Source of the DNA: Candidatus Forterrea multitransposorum CG_2015-17_Forterrea_25_41
Lineage (GTDB): Archaea; Iainarchaeota; Iainarchaeia; Iainarchaeales; CSSED10-239
Direction of reading: 5' to 3'
NCBI GenBank assembly: GCA_009392915.1
Contig: CP045477.1
Span: forward strand, 1-64,000
DNA: 64,000 nucleotides
Both the position numbers and the translations under genes were made by a program. Shown here piece by piece: positions 39,597 to 49,746 of the stretch; positions within the stretch are counted from its first letter, which is position 1; each line of letters starts with the position of its first letter. The notes under the pieces are model-generated. The model saw nothing but the letters and a program-made list of their open reading frames with translations. It was not told the origin of the DNA and ran no database searches.

Positions 39597-40364
39597 ATGA
39601 ATTTATTATTTTTAGGATTAGGTAATACAGGTATTTCTATTGCCGATAGATTATCTAAAAATAATAATATATTCTATTATGATGTAGTTAAAAAAAATGT
39701 AGCTTATAAGTATTTACCTTTAACAAAGTTAAAAAAATCTAATTTTGATTATATAATAGTTACACTTTCTTCAATTTCGATATTAAACCGACTTAAATTA
39801 TGCTCTAAATATAATACTACTTATGATTTAAGAAAATATGAGTTGGTTAAAAATAAAAATAGTTTGAAAAAAATTATAAATTACCTCCCTAATTCTAAGG
39901 TAATTGTAGTTTCTAATCCTGTGGATGATATTGTTACTTTTTTATCAAAAAATACTAATTTAGATGTAATTGGTTTTGGGATTTCTTTAGATGCTTTAAG
40001 ATATTCTAATTATTTTAAACAAAAAATTAATTGTATTGGTTTACATGGTTTTTCAGTTCCTTTAAAGGTATTAAAAAGTAAAACTCATTTTTTAAAAAGT
40101 TATTCGGCGGTTGATCTAAAATTATTTAACTCTTTTAAAGTTAATGGTATTAATTATGATCTAGTATCAAAAGAATTTGAATTATTTTTTAATAAACTTA
40201 ATTCAGATAAACAAAATACATTATATTTATCTAAATATATTTCAAAAGACATTCTAGGATTAGAAAATATATCTTTATCTCTCCCTTATTTTGTAAAAAA
40301 AGGAAAAGTAGTTGGTCTTAAACAAATAAAACTAACTAGTCTTGAAAAAAATCTATTAAAATAA
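39597..40364 (+). CDS. Lactate/malate dehydrogenase-family protein (short or degenerate)
   Basis: GLGNTG N-terminal dinucleotide-binding motif and VIVVSNPVDD motif of the LDH/MDH family; only 255 aa. Confidence 0.4.
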   Translation: MNLLFLGLGNTGISIADRLSKNNNIFYYDVVKKNVAYKYLPLTKLKKSNFDYIIVTLSSISILNRLKLCSKYNTTYDLRKYELVKNKNSLKKIINYLPNSKVIVVSNPVDDIVTFLSKNTNLDVIGFGISLDALRYSNYFKQKINCIGLHGFSVPLKVLKSKTHFLKSYSAVDLKLFNSFKVNGINYDLVSKEFELFFNKLNSDKQNTLYLSKYISKDILGLENISLSLPYFVKKGKVVGLKQIKLTSLEKNLLK

Positions 40365-40366
40365 AA

Positions 40367-40879
40367 TTATTTTCCTAATTTTCCAGGTCTTTCAAAGACA
40401 ATTGATTTATGAGCAGAAAATCTAGTTAAGTTCATTATTAAATCTGCAAGAAGTTTTGCATATATAGGTGGAAAGTTTAAAAATTCAACAAAACCAATAA
40501 CCATTATAAAAATAACAATTACTGCAGAAAAGTTAATTACATAATATCTTCCAAAAGCAAAAAGGTTTTTCTTAGAAAAAGCTTTTACATCATTTTTAAA
40601 AACAAATTTTTTATGAAGATTAAAATTTGTAAATGTTTTTACAAAATCAGAAATAAATGTAACCCATAAGTAATTATAAGCAAGTATATTATGTAAACCA
40701 AAAATCATTAATATATCTATTATTGTTCCTGCAAGACCTAAGACTGCATATTTTAAAAATCTCTTCATTCTATACATTAAAGGAAAAGAAATTAACCAAT
40801 AATATATTTGATATACAAAATTACTTTTTTTAATAGTAATTAATGAATGTGTGAATTTATCATTTTTATCTAAAGCCAT
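40367..40879 (-). CDS. GtrA-family membrane protein
   Basis: Four TM helices; NFNLHKKFVFK motif matches the GtrA signature. Confidence 0.55.
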   Translation of the reverse strand: MALDKNDKFTHSLITIKKSNFVYQIYYWLISFPLMYRMKRFLKYAVLGLAGTIIDILMIFGLHNILAYNYLWVTFISDFVKTFTNFNLHKKFVFKNDVKAFSKKNLFAFGRYYVINFSAVIVIFIMVIGFVEFLNFPPIYAKLLADLIMNLTRFSAHKSIVFERPGKLGK

Positions 40880-41013
40880 ATTTTAAAAACTCTAATTAAC
40901 TATATTATATATTATTTATAACCCTTAAGTTTTAAAAAGAATAACTATTTATATCTTTTACATATATAATATATTGTTATGATTTTTTAATAACTATTAA
41001 ACTTTGATAAAAT

Positions 41014-44000
41014 ATGTCCGTAGAGAAATATAAAGCAACAAATGATAAAGATTTATTTGATGAAGTAGAATCTTCTAATAGAAAGTATGTTAATGAAGAT
41101 ACTATTAAAGATATTGAAGATAAATTAAAAAAATCAAGAGAAGAACATCCTTTAGAAGATGTTGAAAATTTTTCTGAAATTGATGATTCTGAAGATGATG
41201 ATTCTGAAGATGATGATAACTTAGATGAAGTTGATTTAGAAGAAAACTCTGAAGATGAAAATTCAGAAGATAATAATTCAGAAGATAATAATTCAGAAGA
41301 TAATAATTCAGAAGATAATAATTCAGAAGATAATAATTCAGAAGATAATAATTCAGAAGATAATAATTCTGAAGATAATGATATAGATGAAGCTGATTTA
41401 GAAGAAGACTCTGAAGATAATAATTTAGAAGAAGATAATGTTGAAAAAGACCTAAATGAAATTGATTCTAAAGAATCAGATTTAAAAGAAGATTTTACTA
41501 AAAACTCAAATATATCAAAAGAGATTACTAAAGATAAAGATATACCTGCTAAAAGTTCAGAAATTATAATTAAACCAGCACTTAAATTCTTAGAAGATTT
41601 ACAAGACCCTAATGTAGTTTATTTAGGTAGAAAAAAATCTGTTTTAAAACAATATGGAAAGATAGCTACAGCATATATAGGAAAAGTTGCTGAAAATCAA
41701 CAAGAAGGCAAACAAGTTAACATAGATGGTCTAAATCCACACGTTATTTTCTTAGATGGTGCTAGAGGAACAGGTAAGAGTTATCTTTTAGGGGTAATAG
41801 CAGAAGAGCTTGCAAGAACAAACCCATATATAGGGCAAATAGTAATTGATCCTGTAGGTGTTTTCTGGTCAATGAAATTTCCAAACAGAGATTCAAAAGA
41901 ATTAAAAATTTTAGAAGAATGGGGTTTAAAGGCAGAAGGTCTTAAAAACTTAAAAGTCTTTGTTCCAGAAGGTATAGTTTCTCAAGTTTCAAAAGATACT
42001 TATGATGACACTTTTTCAATGTTTCCTTCTCTTTTAACTCCAGAAGATTGGTGTTTAACTTTTGGTATTGAAAGATTTTCTCCATCAGGCTTACTTTTAG
42101 AAAAAACTTTAGAGTCTGTAAAGAAAGGATATGTTACAGGTGGAACAAAAGATGTTCCTGATGTTAAAAAAATATCAGCAAAAGGAAATCATTTTACTTT
42201 AGAAGATATTATTAACTGTCTTCAAAACAATTCTGAATTTCAATCTTCTCAAAAAGGTTATAAACCAGATTCTATAAGAGCTTTAGTTTCAAGATTTGAA
42301 GCTGCAAGATCTTGGGGTATATTTTCAGATTCTGGAACTCCTCTTTCAAAACTTTCAAGAGAAAATCAATTAACTGTGCTTGATACTTCTTTTTTAGATG
42401 AAAATATTACTGCTTTAGTTATTGGTATTTTAGCTAGAAGAATTCTTTCTGCAAGAAAACTTCTTGCAAGACAAGAAGCTGTTAAAAAATATGGTGATTC
42501 AACACAAAAAGCAGAAGAACTTTTAGAAATTGAAATTCCTCCAACATGGATGTATATTGATGAAGCACACACTTTAATTCCTTCTGGAAATTCTCAAACA
42601 CCAGCAACTGCAGGAATTATAGAGTATGTTAAGCAAGGAAGAAGACCTGGTTGTTCTTTAGTTTTTGCAACACAACAGCCTTCTGCAATAAACACTAAAG
42701 TTTTATCACAAGTTGATATATTAATCTCAAATAAATTAGTTTTTAATGATGATATTTCTGCAATTCAAAAAAGAATGCCTGCAATAATACCAAAGCAATA
42801 TAAAGAACCAAATTTTATAAAGACTTTGCCTTTTGCAACTGCTCTTGTAGGAGATAGATCAGAAGAAACTTCTAGAGCTTTTATTTTAAGAGCAGCACCA
42901 AGAAGATCTCAACATGAAGGTCGTGATGCAGAAACAATTAGAGAGATTCCTAAAAAAAATAAATCTGAAGTTTTAGAAATTGCTTTTAAAATGGTTTATG
43001 AAAAATTAGAAAAAACAAAAGAAATTAAAGTGTCTTTTGCAAAAGATATTTTAGATGTTATTAATATTAAATATAGAGGAACTGTTGAATATGATGAACT
43101 TTTAGAAAAACTTTTAGAAAAAAATGTTTTACTTAAAGAAGATCTTCTATATCTTAATGAAAATTTTTTCAAAGAATATAATCAAGAAGAAAAATTAGTT
43201 TCTAATGATTCCGAAAATACTGATGAAATAAATTCTTTAGATGAAAATGAGCTTGAAAATATTGAAGAAAATTTAGAACATGTTAAAAGTAGTGTTTCAA
43301 AAGTAAAAGTAAGAAATACTATTGCAGAAAGAATTTCAAAAGCAAATATTGAAGAAATTGCAAATCAAAATATTAAAAAATCTTTATTATTTAAACCAAA
43401 AGAAGAAATTTTAAATATTGTTTTAAAATATAGAACAATTTATAAAATAAGTTATAATGTTTATGATTCACAAGATTCTTTTAAGACAAATACTTGTTTT
43501 GTGGATTCTGTAACTGGTGAGTTTATACATTTTTTAAATGGAGAGTTTAAGATTTCTTCTGGTTTAAATGTTTTAGATAAAATTAATGAAGATTATTTAG
43601 AGATTCTTTATCTTTTAAATAAACAACATACTTTGTTTTCTTTAAATCAAGAAACAGATATTGAAGAAAAAGATTTAATTGAAATGATTGATTCTTTTAA
43701 AGAATTAAATTTAATTACTGTTAAAAATAATTCTGGTATAGATGTTTATAAAATAGATTCAAAAGCTTTTGATATTCCTTTTAACCCGACTATTAAAGTT
43801 CTTTCATCTTTAGATGTTTTACCTTTAAAAAAACAAGATGTTGAGTTTTTAGAATCAATAAACTATTCTTTAAATGTTATTCAAGATAATTTAAAGAAAT
43901 TATGGGGTGAAATTGAATTTACTTCTCTTCAAGAAATCTATTGGCCAATTTGGCAAATTACTTATAATAATAAAGAAGGAAATAGAGTTTTAAAAGTAGA

Positions 44001-44025
44001 TGCTGTAACAGGCAAAAAAATGTGA
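41014..44025 (+). CDS. Large HerA/FtsK-like P-loop ATPase with N-terminal acidic tandem-repeat region
   Basis: Walker A LDGARGTGKSYLL, Walker B MYIDEAHTL, conserved GCSLVFATQQPSAINTKVLSQVD block paralogous to the 13752-15299 ATPase; N-terminal SEDNN repeats; 1003 aa. Confidence 0.5.
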   Translation: MSVEKYKATNDKDLFDEVESSNRKYVNEDTIKDIEDKLKKSREEHPLEDVENFSEIDDSEDDDSEDDDNLDEVDLEENSEDENSEDNNSEDNNSEDNNSEDNNSEDNNSEDNNSEDNNSEDNDIDEADLEEDSEDNNLEEDNVEKDLNEIDSKESDLKEDFTKNSNISKEITKDKDIPAKSSEIIIKPALKFLEDLQDPNVVYLGRKKSVLKQYGKIATAYIGKVAENQQEGKQVNIDGLNPHVIFLDGARGTGKSYLLGVIAEELARTNPYIGQIVIDPVGVFWSMKFPNRDSKELKILEEWGLKAEGLKNLKVFVPEGIVSQVSKDTYDDTFSMFPSLLTPEDWCLTFGIERFSPSGLLLEKTLESVKKGYVTGGTKDVPDVKKISAKGNHFTLEDIINCLQNNSEFQSSQKGYKPDSIRALVSRFEAARSWGIFSDSGTPLSKLSRENQLTVLDTSFLDENITALVIGILARRILSARKLLARQEAVKKYGDSTQKAEELLEIEIPPTWMYIDEAHTLIPSGNSQTPATAGIIEYVKQGRRPGCSLVFATQQPSAINTKVLSQVDILISNKLVFNDDISAIQKRMPAIIPKQYKEPNFIKTLPFATALVGDRSEETSRAFILRAAPRRSQHEGRDAETIREIPKKNKSEVLEIAFKMVYEKLEKTKEIKVSFAKDILDVINIKYRGTVEYDELLEKLLEKNVLLKEDLLYLNENFFKEYNQEEKLVSNDSENTDEINSLDENELENIEENLEHVKSSVSKVKVRNTIAERISKANIEEIANQNIKKSLLFKPKEEILNIVLKYRTIYKISYNVYDSQDSFKTNTCFVDSVTGEFIHFLNGEFKISSGLNVLDKINEDYLEILYLLNKQHTLFSLNQETDIEEKDLIEMIDSFKELNLITVKNNSGIDVYKIDSKAFDIPFNPTIKVLSSLDVLPLKKQDVEFLESINYSLNVIQDNLKKLWGEIEFTSLQEIYWPIWQITYNNKEGNRVLKVDAVTGKKM
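41266..41385 (+). repeat. 15-bp coding tandem repeat (GAAGATAATAATTCA, ~7.5 copies; encodes [SEDNN]n)
   Basis: Perfect copies at 41266, 41281, 41296, 41311, 41326 and 41341, then degenerate copies. Confidence 0.9.
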
Positions 44026-44031
44026 TAAAGT

Positions 44032-44328
44032 ATGGTTTTAACTGAAAAAGATTTTATACAAGATACATGTAAAGCAACACCAGGATTTGAATATTATCCA
44101 AAGAAGTTCTTAGAATTAAATGTTTCAAAATTACTCCCTATATTAAAAGAAAATGATTTTTATATATCTAAAGATAATTCTCCTTTTTATCTGCATGTAA
44201 AAAAAAAAGAATTAGAAGCATCTATTTTTTCATCAGCTAAGATAATTATTAAGAATACTACTGTTGAAGAAGATGCTAGTTTATTTTTACTTGATATTTT
44301 AGTTTGTTTAAATAAAGTTATGGAATAA
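44032..44328 (+). CDS. Hypothetical protein
   Basis: 98-aa ORF directly downstream of the large ATPase. Confidence 0.25.
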   Translation: MVLTEKDFIQDTCKATPGFEYYPKKFLELNVSKLLPILKENDFYISKDNSPFYLHVKKKELEASIFSSAKIIIKNTTVEEDASLFLLDILVCLNKVME

Positions 44329-45328
44329 TTTTTTTTAAAATTTTTTCCATTCTTTCAATAACTTCTCTTTTTTCTTTTTTTTCAATATATTTTTTATGTC
44401 TTTTAATTATTTCTTTTCTAGCAGCTTCTTTAATTTTCTCTTCATTTATAATTGAGCTTTTAACTGTATTTATGCCCATATCTGTAGGAGATTTATACTC
44501 GTGCATTTTATTTTTTTTTGAAATAATTTTGTTAATTATTTTTTTTAAAATTTTAAAATTTTCAATATCTCTATTATAGTTAATAGCTGTAATTCCATAT
44601 GCTTTTTTATGATAAGGGTCAATAATATTTTTATCTCCAATATCTGCTGTTGCAGCTTCATATGCAAGATTAATAGGATGATTTAAAGGAAGATTAAATA
44701 CTGGGAAAGTTTCAGATTTAAAATATCCTGAATTAATTTTATTTTTTGAATCTAAAAATATTTGTGCTAAACAAATCCCCATTTTTCCTGAATTTGCAAC
44801 TGCACCAATTACAACATTTATTTTTTTATTTGTTTGGATATATGGTTGTTCAATAAATCCTTTTTGTCCTAATATTTCATCTAAATCATTTGGATAGTCT
44901 TTAATTGTTTTTGAGAAATAAACTTTTATGTTTTTCTTTTTCATTTCTTTTTCTAAAACTTTTCCTGAATTTTCATTTTTATATCTTGTTATTACTATAT
45001 CAATTTTTTCAAATTTTTTATGCAATTTTTCAATTTCTTCTAATACTAATTTTCTAAATTCTAGATTACTATTATAATCTCTTCCATTTTCTAGATGTTT
45101 TGAATAAATACAATATATTATTCCTACATCTTTTTTTATTTTTTCAAGAATCTTTACTTTTGTATCTTTTTTATAATCTATTAATACTCTATTTGCATGA
45201 TAGTCTCTTAAAAGATGTCCTCCAAACTCAATATAGACTTTATCAAAGTTTTTAATTCTTTTTTTAATTTCATTTACTTGTAATTGAATATATTTATCTT
45301 CATCAAATGCTATTTTCTTTGTAATCAT
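44318..45328 (-). CDS. Hypothetical conserved protein
   Basis: 336-aa ORF; no motif confidently recognised. Confidence 0.3.
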   Translation of the reverse strand: MITKKIAFDEDKYIQLQVNEIKKRIKNFDKVYIEFGGHLLRDYHANRVLIDYKKDTKVKILEKIKKDVGIIYCIYSKHLENGRDYNSNLEFRKLVLEEIEKLHKKFEKIDIVITRYKNENSGKVLEKEMKKKNIKVYFSKTIKDYPNDLDEILGQKGFIEQPYIQTNKKINVVIGAVANSGKMGICLAQIFLDSKNKINSGYFKSETFPVFNLPLNHPINLAYEAATADIGDKNIIDPYHKKAYGITAINYNRDIENFKILKKIINKIISKKNKMHEYKSPTDMGINTVKSSIINEEKIKEAARKEIIKRHKKYIEKKEKREVIERMEKILKKIIP

Positions 45329-45398
45329 AATTATTTTTTCCTATATCTTTAATATACGATATTACTATCAAAGAGATTATAAATATTTATCTTTATAA

Positions 45399-47465
45399 AT
45401 GTTTTGGTTTTCTTTTTTATATATGTATCTTAATAAAAATGCTATTTCTCCATTAATAGCAAGCATTTTAATTATTGTTGTAGTTGTTGCAGTTATTGGT
45501 GTGATTCTATTATGGGGTAAAAACTTTACAAATGAAAGTTTAACTTCCACTTATACTTTTTCACAAGATAAAACTGTTTCTGATTTTGTTTGGCAAGATG
45601 ATATTACTGGTAAAAATCTTTTTATAAAAAACACACATATATCATTAAGTAAAACTATTATTGGTTATAAAATAAACAGTTCCTTAGATTATGCTTATCT
45701 TAATAAATATCATTATCTTGATGAATCTTTTTTATTATCTAAAAATTCCATTGCTCAATTAACTTTAGGTTGTGTTCCAGAAAAGAATTTTTCAATTGAA
45801 CTTTTAACAGACTCTAATGAATATATTTCTTTTCCTGTCACTTCTAAGTTTTTTGATCCTTCAGAATGTACTTTTTCTTTTTCAATAACTTCTCCTTTGG
45901 AAAATTCAATCAATGCTTTAAATTCTAGTATTTCATTTACTTCTGAAATTTTAAATTCTTCAGGTACTCCTTCTTGTACTTGGATTTCTTCAATTGATGG
46001 TACTTTTTCAACATCTTGTGATGCAACTTATTCTTCTTTATCTTCTGGTTCTCATGATATTAATTTAGTTGTTGAAGATTCTGGTGATATTTTAACACAA
46101 TCAACTTCAATTATTGTAAAAGATTCTTTAGAAAGTATTATTTCTACTCCTTCAAATTCATCAAATCATTTATTTAGTGATACAATTTCATTTAGTGGTA
46201 CTGCAGATAATAATTTTGGTTCTCACACTTGTTCTTGGACTTCTTCTTTAGATGGTTCTCTTTCAAGTGATTGTAGTTTTAGTTCTAGTTTATCTCCAGG
46301 CACACATACTATTACTTTACAAGTAACTGATTCTCTTGAAACAGCATCTTCAAATATTTCTATAGATGTTTATGCTTTATTAGTTGCTTCTGTTTCTCTT
46401 CCTGCTAATAATTCTACAAAATCTTTAGGAAGTCCTATCTCTTTTTCATCAAGCATTTCTGGAGGCGATGGATCTTATTCTTGTAGTTGGACAGATAATG
46501 GTTCTCCTTTAAGTTCTAGTTGTTCATTTAGTCATACTTATCCACAAGGAAGTTGGTCTGAATATCAAGATATGCCTCAAGGTAGAGATTATCATGATTG
46601 TGTAGGTGTTGGTGATAAACTATATTGTTTTGGAGGAGATGATTCTACTTATAATGTAGAAAGAACTACTCAAATTTATAATTCTACAACAAATACTTGG
46701 TCTTTAGGTGCAAATATGCCTGCAGATAGAGAGCTTCCAGCATGTAGTTATTATAATGGAATAATTTATTGTATAGGAGGATTTAATAGTTCTTGGGATT
46801 ATGTTAATTCAAATTATGCTTATAATATTTCTACAAATTCTTGGTCTAGTAAAACTTCTATGCCAACAGTAAGAGCTGAACATGATTGTACTGCCTTAGA
46901 TGGAAAAATTTATTGTTTTGGTGGAAATAAAGATGGTGGAGGTGCAAGTAATCTTCTTGAAATATATAATATTTCAACAAATTCTTGGTCAACAGGTACA
47001 AGTTCACCTTCAGGAAAAGCAAATCATAATTGTGAGGGTTTAAATAATAAGGTTTATTGTATTGGTGGTACAACTACTACTTTAATATATGATGTTTTAT
47101 CTGATTCATGGTCTACAGGTACAACTATCTCAACATCAAAATCATCTGGAGCTTCTGATTTATATGGTACTAAAATTTATTATGGAGGAGGTTCTTCTGC
47201 TGCACTTTTAGTTTACGATACTGTTTTAAATAGTTGGTCAACTCTTGCTAGTTTACCTTATTCTAACAGATCTTATATAGGTTGTGGAATTGCAGATAAT
47301 ACTTTTTATTGTGCAGGAGGAGATTCAAGTCAAGGTAGAGAAACATACATGGATAAATTACATGGATATTCTATAGGTGCTACAGGAACACATGAAATTG
47401 AATTAAATGTAAGTGATGGTTATGGTCAAACTGCTTCTAATACAATAAATATTAATGTTCAATAG
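45399..47465 (+). CDS. Pilin-like (class III signal peptide) surface protein with Ig/PKD-like Ser/Thr-rich repeats and a Kelch-type beta-propeller
   Basis: N-terminus NAISPLIASILIIVVVVAVIGVILLWGKNFTNESLT (paralogous to the DGR target N-terminus); repeated ...CSWTS(S)LDGS... modules; Kelch-like repeats LYCFGG / IYCIGG / IYCFGG / VYCIGG. Start probably the Met at 45423. Confidence 0.55.
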   Translation: MFWFSFLYMYLNKNAISPLIASILIIVVVVAVIGVILLWGKNFTNESLTSTYTFSQDKTVSDFVWQDDITGKNLFIKNTHISLSKTIIGYKINSSLDYAYLNKYHYLDESFLLSKNSIAQLTLGCVPEKNFSIELLTDSNEYISFPVTSKFFDPSECTFSFSITSPLENSINALNSSISFTSEILNSSGTPSCTWISSIDGTFSTSCDATYSSLSSGSHDINLVVEDSGDILTQSTSIIVKDSLESIISTPSNSSNHLFSDTISFSGTADNNFGSHTCSWTSSLDGSLSSDCSFSSSLSPGTHTITLQVTDSLETASSNISIDVYALLVASVSLPANNSTKSLGSPISFSSSISGGDGSYSCSWTDNGSPLSSSCSFSHTYPQGSWSEYQDMPQGRDYHDCVGVGDKLYCFGGDDSTYNVERTTQIYNSTTNTWSLGANMPADRELPACSYYNGIIYCIGGFNSSWDYVNSNYAYNISTNSWSSKTSMPTVRAEHDCTALDGKIYCFGGNKDGGGASNLLEIYNISTNSWSTGTSSPSGKANHNCEGLNNKVYCIGGTTTTLIYDVLSDSWSTGTTISTSKSSGASDLYGTKIYYGGGSSAALLVYDTVLNSWSTLASLPYSNRSYIGCGIADNTFYCAGGDSSQGRETYMDKLHGYSIGATGTHEIELNVSDGYGQTASNTININVQ

Positions 47466-47517
47466 ACTTTATATAAAATAAATATGTTTTTAAACATTAA
47501 CTCTATATAATTATATA

Positions 47518-48375
47518 ATGAACTATAAAATTATATTTTTATTTTTAACATTAATTATATTAACTCCAGGGATTTTTTCTCATGTTAATTTATCAGTAGA
47601 TCCTTCTGTTTCAAATAATACTGTTTATTTATCAAAAAATATTTCAAAAGATGTTTTATTTAATTATACTTCAAATTATTCTTCAACAATTAATAATACT
47701 TATAGAGCTGAATATGATTTAAAAATATATTCTCAAGAACTAAAAGAAATAGATTTATCTTTATCAAAAACAGAAGAATATTTTGTTTCAGATGTCTTTT
47801 CATCTTTTGCTTTAAATATAAGAAGTTTAAATTATATTGATCAAACAATTAATTTAAGAATAAAAGTTTCAGTCTATGATTCTTTAAATAATTTGGTTGA
47901 TAGTGATTATTTATTTTTAAAAATAATTTCAAATAATTCTGAATATGAATTTTCAGAGTCTCCAATAAATAAAGTTCCAGAATATAAAGGTTATTCTTTA
48001 TCTAGAGATAAGATGATACTTTTAAATTATTTAGATAAAGATAAGATTTCAATTAAAAATCATGTAGATTATTCTTTTGTATATGATGTTAATTGTACTT
48101 CAAATAGTAAAGATCTTTCTTTAGATTTAAGATATGATGGAGATAATAAACATATTTTAGAAGTTTCAATAGCTAATAATTCTGTTCAAGAAGATTTATT
48201 TTATATATCTTGTTATGCTTTTAATAAAGATGATATTAAAGACATTAGAACAATTACTGTTAATTATTTAAATCAAGATATTAATGTTAGTGATGAAACT
48301 ATTATTGAAGAAGAAGTTATAGAAGATAACAAAATTAAAACTTTTTTTAAAAATATTTTTGAAAAATTAAAATAA
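47518..48375 (+). CDS. Secreted or membrane-anchored hypothetical protein
   Basis: N-terminal signal peptide/TM (IIFLFLTLIILTPGIFS); Asn/Ser-rich. Confidence 0.3.
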   Translation: MNYKIIFLFLTLIILTPGIFSHVNLSVDPSVSNNTVYLSKNISKDVLFNYTSNYSSTINNTYRAEYDLKIYSQELKEIDLSLSKTEEYFVSDVFSSFALNIRSLNYIDQTINLRIKVSVYDSLNNLVDSDYLFLKIISNNSEYEFSESPINKVPEYKGYSLSRDKMILLNYLDKDKISIKNHVDYSFVYDVNCTSNSKDLSLDLRYDGDNKHILEVSIANNSVQEDLFYISCYAFNKDDIKDIRTITVNYLNQDINVSDETIIEEEVIEDNKIKTFFKNIFEKLK

Positions 48376-48383
48376 GTTTATTT

Positions 48384-48812
48384 CTAAAAACTATCTGCAA
48401 GTAAGTGTACTACAACTCCTAAAAAACCTGCAAAGAAATAAACTGGATCTAAAAAAAGTAAAGGACTTGCTGTTAATATTCCAAAAGTAAAAGAATGAAG
48501 TGGCCCTCTATGTTTAATGACAGTTAAAATAATTTCTAATAATAAAAGTATCCCTGCAATAATTAAAGCTGTTTGATCATTATTAATAATACTTATTCCT
48601 GTAAAAAATATTAATAAAAGAATAATTATTTTATCTAATTGTTTTCTTATCCATGAATTATTTTTATCAATATCTGGAAGAAGTGTGTATACTATGAATA
48701 TAAAGTATGCAATTAATATTTTTTCAATCTCAAGTTCCATTAAGTTTGAGATTACAACATATACAAAAGTAAATATAAATGTTGCAAATAGAACATGCCC
48801 TAATTTATTCAT
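48384..48812 (-). CDS. Small polytopic membrane protein (possibly DUF457/YdjM-like membrane-bound hydrolase)
   Basis: Four TM helices; LLPDIDK and HSFTFG motifs. Confidence 0.3.
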   Translation of the reverse strand: MNKLGHVLFATFIFTFVYVVISNLMELEIEKILIAYFIFIVYTLLPDIDKNNSWIRKQLDKIIILLLIFFTGISIINNDQTALIIAGILLLLEIILTVIKHRGPLHSFTFGILTASPLLFLDPVYFFAGFLGVVVHLLADSF

Positions 48813-48915
48813 TTCTAAAAAATCCTTTTTTTCTTATAATATATATACTATAGATTTATTTATAAATTCTTATCTTCTTTAATATATATTAAATATATTT
48901 TAAAATAGACTAAAA

Positions 48916-49746
48916 ATGAATGAAATAATAAGTTATATAATAATTGGTATTTTACAAGGGGTAGTTGAATGGCTTCCTATAAGTTCTCAAGGAAACTTAA
49001 TGGTTTATTTATCAAATGTTTTAAATTTATCTTCTCAATTAAGTTTAAATTATTCTATTCTTTTACACATAGGTACTCTTTTAGCAGCTATTGTTTATTT
49101 TTATAAAGAAATTAAATCTCTTTTAACTGTTAAAAATATTTCTTTACTTTTTAAATATAATTTTAAATTATTAAAAATTAAAGAAAGTAATTTAGATAAA
49201 GATTTTTCTTACTTAAGATTTATTTTTATAACAGTTATTGTAACTCTTTTAATTTCAGGTCCAATTTATTTTTTAATAAGTGATGGAATAAATAATTTCA
49301 ATATACTTTTAATAAATTTAATTATTGGTCTATTATTATTTATTACTGGTTTTTTAATATTCTTTTCAAGAAAAATATTTTCAAAAAAACCTGTTCTTTC
49401 AATAAAAAATTCTTTTCTTTTAGGTTTATTTCAAGGTTTTTCAATACTTCCAGGGTTAAGTAGAAGTGGGCTTACAACTTCTTTACTTCTTTTTAGAGGT
49501 TTTAGTCCAGAGAAAGCTTTCAGAATTAGTTTTTTAGTTTCAATTCCAACTATTTTTATTGGAGAAATAGCACTTTTAGTTTTTAATGGTTTATTTTTCT
49601 CTCCATATATTTTAATTTCAATAGTTGTTTCTTTTATTGTTGGTTATTTTACAATTGATCTTTTGATTAAATTTGCAAAGAAAATTAATTTTTCATATTT
49701 TTGTTTTATTTTAGGATTTATATATATTCTAACTTATTTTATTTAA
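48916..49746 (+). CDS. uppP: Undecaprenyl-diphosphatase UppP/BacA
   Basis: VVEWLPISSQGNL and LPGLSRSGLTTS motifs diagnostic of UppP; 276 aa, polytopic. Confidence 0.8.
   Translation: MNEIISYIIIGILQGVVEWLPISSQGNLMVYLSNVLNLSSQLSLNYSILLHIGTLLAAIVYFYKEIKSLLTVKNISLLFKYNFKLLKIKESNLDKDFSYLRFIFITVIVTLLISGPIYFLISDGINNFNILLINLIIGLLLFITGFLIFFSRKIFSKKPVLSIKNSFLLGLFQGFSILPGLSRSGLTTSLLLFRGFSPEKAFRISFLVSIPTIFIGEIALLVFNGLFFSPYILISIVVSFIVGYFTIDLLIKFAKKINFSYFCFILGFIYILTYFI

Noticed and set aside
41190-41420. Possible CRISPR-like array suggested by regularly spaced repeats
   Set aside because: The 15-bp units are contiguous with no spacers, lie in-frame within a long ORF, and encode an SEDNN acidic repeat. 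This is a coding microsatellite, not CRISPR. No CRISPR array or cas genes were seen anywhere in the window.
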